The position numbers were made by a program, and so were the translations under genes. DNA of 64,000 nucleotides from Lama glama. Lineage: Eukaryota. The stretch is from the NCBI GenBank assembly GCA_028534125.1, contig CM052837.1, forward strand, positions 37,262,001 to 37,326,000, given 5' to 3'. Shown here one piece after another: positions 63,876-64,000 of the stretch (the stretch's first letter is position 1; every line of letters begins with the position of its first letter). The notes beneath the pieces were generated by a model that saw nothing but the letters and a program-made list of their open reading frames with translations, had not been told where the DNA came from and ran no database searches.

Positions 63876-64000
63876 CCCCGCTTCCCCCAGCACCGATCAC
63901 CCACCTGGCAGATTCTCAAAGCTGCCCACAGACACCTGGCCCAGGTCCCTCTTCCTCAGCTCCTGCCTCAGCGCGCTCACTGGAGACACACCACCAGGTC

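Larger units (their letters stand above)
57532..64000 (-). pseudogene. HELZ2: HELZ2 (helicase with zinc finger 2) unprocessed pseudogene, 3' portion; continues beyond the window
   Basis: Exon remnants ~63905-63979, 60264-63778, 60025-60114, 59815-59945, 59581-59734, 59356-59502, 59115-59230, 58841-59033, 58575-58709, ~58282-58500, 57989-58148, 57734-57900, 57532-57652. RNB motifs (AHRMVEEYM, YTWATSPICRYLD) and SF1 motifs (GPPGSGKT, DEAG, GDHKQLRP, TPYNAQ, RAQEGL) are interrupted by stops at 57612, 58623, 60695, 61682, 61718 and 61724, by many frameshifts and by broken splice sites. Confidence 0.93.

Noticed and set aside
57532-64000. Sequencing error as the explanation for the HELZ2 frameshifts
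   Set aside because: Some indels are in homopolymers, but nonsense substitutions, splice-site changes and heavy missense divergence co-occur, and five equally GC-rich neighbouring genes have no frameshifts.

Overview
GC-rich mammalian genomic window, apparently syntenic with human 20q13.33. Gene order is [probable KCNQ2 promoter at the left edge] - EEF1A2(-) - PPDPF(+) - PTK6(-) - SRMS(-) - FNDC11(+) - HELZ2(-). EEF1A2 (463 aa), PPDPF (115 aa), PTK6 (449 aa), SRMS (~484 aa) and FNDC11 (333 aa) all splice into intact reading frames. The HELZ2 locus (interferon-induced SF1 helicase/RNB exoribonuclease) is an unprocessed pseudogene: I traced six in-frame stops, about ten frameshifts and several destroyed splice sites while its neighbours are clean. 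It also contains a perfect 17-bp hairpin that looks like a template-switch scar. Other notable items: SRMS appears to have lost about 10 residues at the SH2/kinase-linker junction together with its ancestral exon-4 acceptor; a dense TACTAAC cluster lies upstream of EEF1A2; an inverted pair of REST half-sites lies near the KCNQ2 end; PPDPF and PTK6 may overlap at their 3' ends; a G-rich 15-bp VNTR follows FNDC11; and only ancient repeats (MIR, L2, MER20, MER53, MLT1, L1M) are recognisable, with no young SINE. Comparisons with human proteins and repeat consensus sequences are from memory and need alignment to confirm.
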